Source: a virus (lineage: Duplodnaviria > Caudoviricetes). From it: 26,935 nucleotides of DNA. How positions within the stretch are numbered: position 1 is the stretch's first letter; each line of letters opens with the position of its first letter. The position numbers and the translations under genes are program-made. The notes under the pieces are model-generated. The model did no database searches. It was not told the DNA's origin and worked only from the letters and a program-made list of their open reading frames with translations. This document shows positions 24,063 to 26,935 of the stretch, piece by piece. The stretch is taken from IMG/VR virus record IMGVR_UViG_3300025296_000103, positions 1-26,935 of that record. One strand, given 5' to 3'.

Positions 24063-24260
24063 ATGATCCTGATTCATATACTGGATAGGTTTTTATCCTG
24101 GGGGAATTTAGGAATTTACCACCGGGCAAATCCATTAACTAAACTGGACTTGCAGGATGGTGATGCTTTGTATAAAGTGAATGAAATCAACAATGGCACA
24201 TTGCAGGATATGGTGCTGAAATTTAATGAGGAGAATGCAAATGAACAAAAAAGCATTTAA
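24063..24260 (+). CDS. Hypothetical protein (MILIHILDRF...)
   Basis: AAGGAG RBS; 3' part of ORF 23982..24260. Confidence 0.55.
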   Translation: MILIHILDRFLSWGNLGIYHRANPLTKLDLQDGDALYKVNEINNGTLQDMVLKFNEENANEQKSI

Positions 24261-24564
24261 AGAACTTACTGAGTGTGCTGAAGATATGAGTGAATCTGAA
24301 AAATATTTATTAAAAGAAATGGAAAAACAAATATTAAAATATGGATTTACCAATGATATAATACAATCTTGGTTGGAATCAGAATATTCAGAATTAATAA
24401 TGGGTTCAATCGAAGATGGACTGATTGTTCAGTGTTGTGAAAAGCATTGGAAGGTTACAAAAGAAGGATTAAATATTATTAGAATTGGACTTGTTGCTAT
24501 GATAACGACCAAAAGAAAACCAAAGGGAAAATTTGCAAAGATTATGAAAAAACTGACACCTTAA
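24241..24564 (+). CDS. Hypothetical protein, possible winged-helix
   Basis: GAGGAG RBS; IEDGLIV...WKVTKEG pattern. Confidence 0.65.
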   Translation: MNKKAFKELTECAEDMSESEKYLLKEMEKQILKYGFTNDIIQSWLESEYSELIMGSIEDGLIVQCCEKHWKVTKEGLNIIRIGLVAMITTKRKPKGKFAKIMKKLTP

Positions 24565-24565
24565 A

Positions 24566-24859
24566 TTGCCACACCCAAGCAAAGATAAGGGCAACAGGTT
24601 TGAAAGAGAATGTGTAAACCTTGCCAAAGCCAAAGGTATCACATCTAAACGCGCCTATGCCAGTGATGGAAGATCATTAGGGATGGACAAAGAGGTTGAT
24701 TTGCTTGTAGGTGATTGGAGAATCCAGGCAAAGAGAAGAAAGAAGGGTGCAACATATTTAGATATTCCAGATGGGTGCGATGCTGTGGTTTTCCGGTTTG
24801 ATAATGGGAAATCTATGGTGCTATTAGACTATAATGACTTTCTGGATCATATATGCTGA
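24566..24859 (+). CDS. Hjc-type Holliday junction resolvase / PD-(D/E)XK nuclease
   Basis: SKDKGNRFERE...VDLLV...IQAKRRK...AVVFRFD; TTG start. Confidence 0.8.
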   Translation: MPHPSKDKGNRFERECVNLAKAKGITSKRAYASDGRSLGMDKEVDLLVGDWRIQAKRRKKGATYLDIPDGCDAVVFRFDNGKSMVLLDYNDFLDHIC

Positions 24860-25080
24860 GAATCTTACCAGCCAAACACCAGAACAAAATTATAGATGGC
24901 ATTGAACTTGCTGTAAGGAATGCCAAGATTGAAGAATGCTGGACTGTATTATCAAACTACACTAAATTTAATCAAAGACAAAAATTAGACATACTCACCA
25001 GCCGGTTTAATTTAGGTGAAAAATCAATTGAAAATATCATTTATTCAGACCTTGTTTTTAATGCTGATATGAGTGTTTAA
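24853..25080 (+). CDS. Small HTH (Mor-like) protein
   Basis: VRNAKI...LTSRFNLGEKSIENIIY. Confidence 0.65.
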   Translation: MLRILPAKHQNKIIDGIELAVRNAKIEECWTVLSNYTKFNQRQKLDILTSRFNLGEKSIENIIYSDLVFNADMSV

Positions 25081-25087
25081 AATATTC

Positions 25088-25105
25088 ACCTAAAGCAGAT
25101 TAGGT
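25088..25105. promoter_or_regulatory. Palindromic site ACCTAA-N6-TTAGGT, copy 1
   Basis: ACCTAA AGCAGA TTAGGT; second copy exactly 100 bp downstream. Confidence 0.6.
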
Positions 25106-25140
25106 AAACAATTCAGATAAGGGACTGTCTGAATTACGGC

Positions 25141-25187
25141 AAAAGAGGAGAGACAAATCACGACTCAATGATCTCTCCTCTTTTTTT
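25141..25187 (+). terminator. Rho-independent terminator-like hairpin
   Basis: AAAAGAGGAGAGA...TCTCTCCTCTTTTTTT. Confidence 0.7.
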
Positions 25188-25207
25188 ACCTAAAACCAAT
25201 TAGGTAA
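25186..25207. promoter_or_regulatory. Palindromic site TTACCTAA-N6-TTAGGTAA, copy 2
   Basis: TTACCTAA AACCAA TTAGGTAA. Confidence 0.6.
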
Positions 25208-25260
25208 CACAACCCCCCCCTCCTGCCTGAGATTCCTTCAATTAAACGAAAGGAATCAAA

Positions 25261-25602
25261 ATGGCAAAATCAATAGATTGGAAACGCAGAGTAATACTCA
25301 CAGACTTTCAGGATGCAGAAGATGTAACTGATGCCAGTTATACTCAAGGTGTCTGGAATGACAAATCAGTATTCATTCCTAAAGTAAAAATAATGGAAGC
25401 ATTATCCATTACTGATGATGATTGGGAATTAGAATGGTCTTTTATCCGCAGGTATTTAACCCCAAAAGAGAGGGCAATAATGACTCTTTGGTTGGCAGGT
25501 TATACGCAGCAGGAAATTGCAGATAAAAACAGAGTTTCCCAGAAAACCATAAGTGTCCGAATAAAAAAGACCGTCGAGAAAATAATAAATATTTCAAAAT
25601 AG
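25261..25602 (+). CDS. Sigma-70 region 4/LuxR-type HTH regulator, probable late activator
   Basis: LTPKERAIMTLWLAGYTQQEIADKNRVSQKTIS; directly upstream of the packaging genes. Confidence 0.8.
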   Translation: MAKSIDWKRRVILTDFQDAEDVTDASYTQGVWNDKSVFIPKVKIMEALSITDDDWELEWSFIRRYLTPKERAIMTLWLAGYTQQEIADKNRVSQKTISVRIKKTVEKIINISK

Positions 25603-25754
25603 GGTATAAAACAGCCCGAACCTCACCTATATAGTAACACACCTAATCTTTTTTAATTAAATAACCTGGTGTTTTTTAGGGGTTTTTGTCAGAACCTGCA
25701 CAAAGTAATTATACCTGGCAGACAACAGAGTGCAAGAACCCCTAATTACTATAT

Positions 25755-25931
25755 ATGACAGAAGCACTAACAATACAATGCGAACTCGTTGGAATTAAGA
25801 ACCTCAAATCCACAGGCAACTGGCGGTTGGAGTTTGATGTATTTGATATTGAAACATCGAAAATAGGCAATCTAATCACAGAAATTAACAATTCATTTCA
25901 TTTAGCACTGATTAAAAATGAGCAAAACTAA
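25755..25931 (+). CDS. 58-aa hypothetical protein (MTEALTIQCELVGIKNLKSTGNWRLEFDV...)
   Basis: Hand-translated; overlaps the TerS start; no clear RBS. Confidence 0.6.
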   Translation: MTEALTIQCELVGIKNLKSTGNWRLEFDVFDIETSKIGNLITEINNSFHLALIKNEQN

Positions 25932-26253
25932 CGGAAAACAAACGGGAAATCAACGGTCTAATGGGCAATTTGCCAAAGGAAACAAACTTGGAAACCGGTT
26001 TAAACCAGGTGAAAATGCCAATCCCAATGGCAGACGTGGAAGTCTGTATGATGTATTCAATGAACTGTCATCTATCAAGGGAACTGACAGCAGAACCCGG
26101 AAAGAGAAGATTATAGACAAAGTATTAAATATGGCCGAGAGGGGTTCACTTAAAGCTGCTGAGATGTTCTTTGACAGGATGGAAGGCAAGGCAGTTGATA
26201 GACATAAGGATATTAATGAAGAACCTATTATCATATTCCAGAGGGAAGAATGA
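25918..26253 (+). CDS. terS: Terminase small subunit (segment B; DUF5681-like)
   Basis: GQFAKGN...FKPGENANPNGR, AERGSLKAAEMFFDRMEGKA; ATGA-coupled to TerL. Confidence 0.8.
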   Translation: MSKTNGKQTGNQRSNGQFAKGNKLGNRFKPGENANPNGRRGSLYDVFNELSSIKGTDSRTRKEKIIDKVLNMAERGSLKAAEMFFDRMEGKAVDRHKDINEEPIIIFQREE

Positions 26254-26935
26254 AATGGCAATTAGATGGTTTAAGAAGAAAAATAATAGATCATCCGGCA
26301 AGATTCAAGGTTGTGGTGGCAGGGAGAAGATGGGGAAAAACTCACCTGGCACTAATGTGGTTGTTGGCTGGGAGCATATTGAAGGAATCGAAGCTCTGGT
26401 ATATTGCACCTACATACCGACAGGGGAAGATGATAGCATTCCCATTACTCCGGCAGATTTTTCGTGGTCGGTTGGATGGAAGTGTTAATGAATCCAATCT
26501 ATCAATCACACTCAACAATGGTGCTGAAATATCCATTAAGGGTGCTGACAATGAAGATAACCTCAGAGGTGTGGGTTTGACCAGGGCTGTGGTTGATGAA
26601 GTGGACTATATGAAACCACACGTAATCCCGGAGATACTTATGCCAATGATGGCAGACAAACAAGCACCTGCAATGTTTATTGGCACACCTGATTCATACA
26701 AACAATTATATGAGTATTACAATAAGGGACAATCCAATGATCCTGAATGGATGAGTTGGCAGTTTAAAACAATTGATTCAGGTTATGTAGAGACACAAGA
26801 GATTGAAAAATTAAAGAGCCGGATGGATGAGAGAGTATTCCGCCAGGAGATGGAAGCATCCTTTGAGACTGTTGGAAACAGGGCTGCATATAACTTCGAC
26901 AGGAATGTGAATGTAAAAGACACTGATGACCTTAG
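26250..26935 (+). CDS. terL: Terminase large subunit (segment B), truncated by the window end
   Basis: Not in the ORF track (no stop). Hand translation: MKWQLDGLRRKIIDHPARFKVVVAGRRWGKT...WYIAPTYRQGK...KGADNEDNLRGVGLTRAVVDE...FIGTP...FRQEMEASFE. Confidence 0.93.
   Translation, partial: MKWQLDGLRRKIIDHPARFKVVVAGRRWGKTHLALMWLLAGSILKESKLWYIAPTYRQGKMIAFPLLRQIFRGRLDGSVNESNLSITLNNGAEISIKGADNEDNLRGVGLTRAVVDEVDYMKPHVIPEILMPMMADKQAPAMFIGTPDSYKQLYEYYNKGQSNDPEWMSWQFKTIDSGYVETQEIEKLKSRMDERVFRQEMEASFETVGNRAAYNFDRNVNVKDTDDL

Larger units (their letters stand above)
22133..24065 (+). repeat. Repeated gene-junction motif AAGGAGAAAGAATG
   Basis: Exact at 22192, 22380, 22641, 23237; variants at 22133 (AAGGAGACAGAATG), 23422 (AAGGAGAAAGAATAATG), 24053 (AAGGAGAAAGATG). 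Confidence 0.9.

Noticed and set aside
22133-24065. CRISPR array or integron attC array
   Set aside because: Repeats are only 14 nt, non-palindromic and irregularly spaced by whole genes; no cas or integrase seen.
23890-24087. Open frame GETIKYLKHLYAWIVNFPNPF...DPDSYTG filling the gap after 23900
   Set aside because: Plausibly coding but has no ATG/GTG start near its 5' end, so it was left uncalled.
26171-26551. ORFs 26171..26488 (+), 25950..26261 (-) and 26342..26551 (-)
   Set aside because: Off-frame or antisense shadows of the TerS and the unlisted TerL reading frame.

Overview
This is uncultivated tailed-phage DNA that appears to come from two different phages. Segment A (1 to ~21.8 kb) has a minus-strand morphogenesis module: small terminase-like protein, TerL, lytic transglycosylase, P22-type portal, scaffold, major capsid, decoration/head-fibre proteins and a long repeat-rich virion protein. 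Diverging from it is a plus-strand early/middle region. That region holds a hairpin-dense non-coding stretch, small genes, a lipoprotein, and a complete-looking ubiquitin-like conjugation cassette (Ubl precursor with GG plus a 21-aa tail, E2-like protein, JAB/JAMM peptidase, ThiF/E1). It ends with a circularly permuted Sak4/AAA_24-type ATPase and an SSB-like protein. An atypical initiator-like tRNA-CAU and a ~200-nt tRNA-mimic-like structured RNA follow. Segment B (~21.8/22.1 kb to the end) has no CTAG tetramer by manual scan. It carries small genes joined by a repeated AAGGAGAAAGAATG junction, an Hjc-type resolvase, HTH/sigma-r4 regulators, and a second, unrelated TerS/TerL pair that runs off the window. 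All protein calls come from motif recognition by eye; no searches were run.
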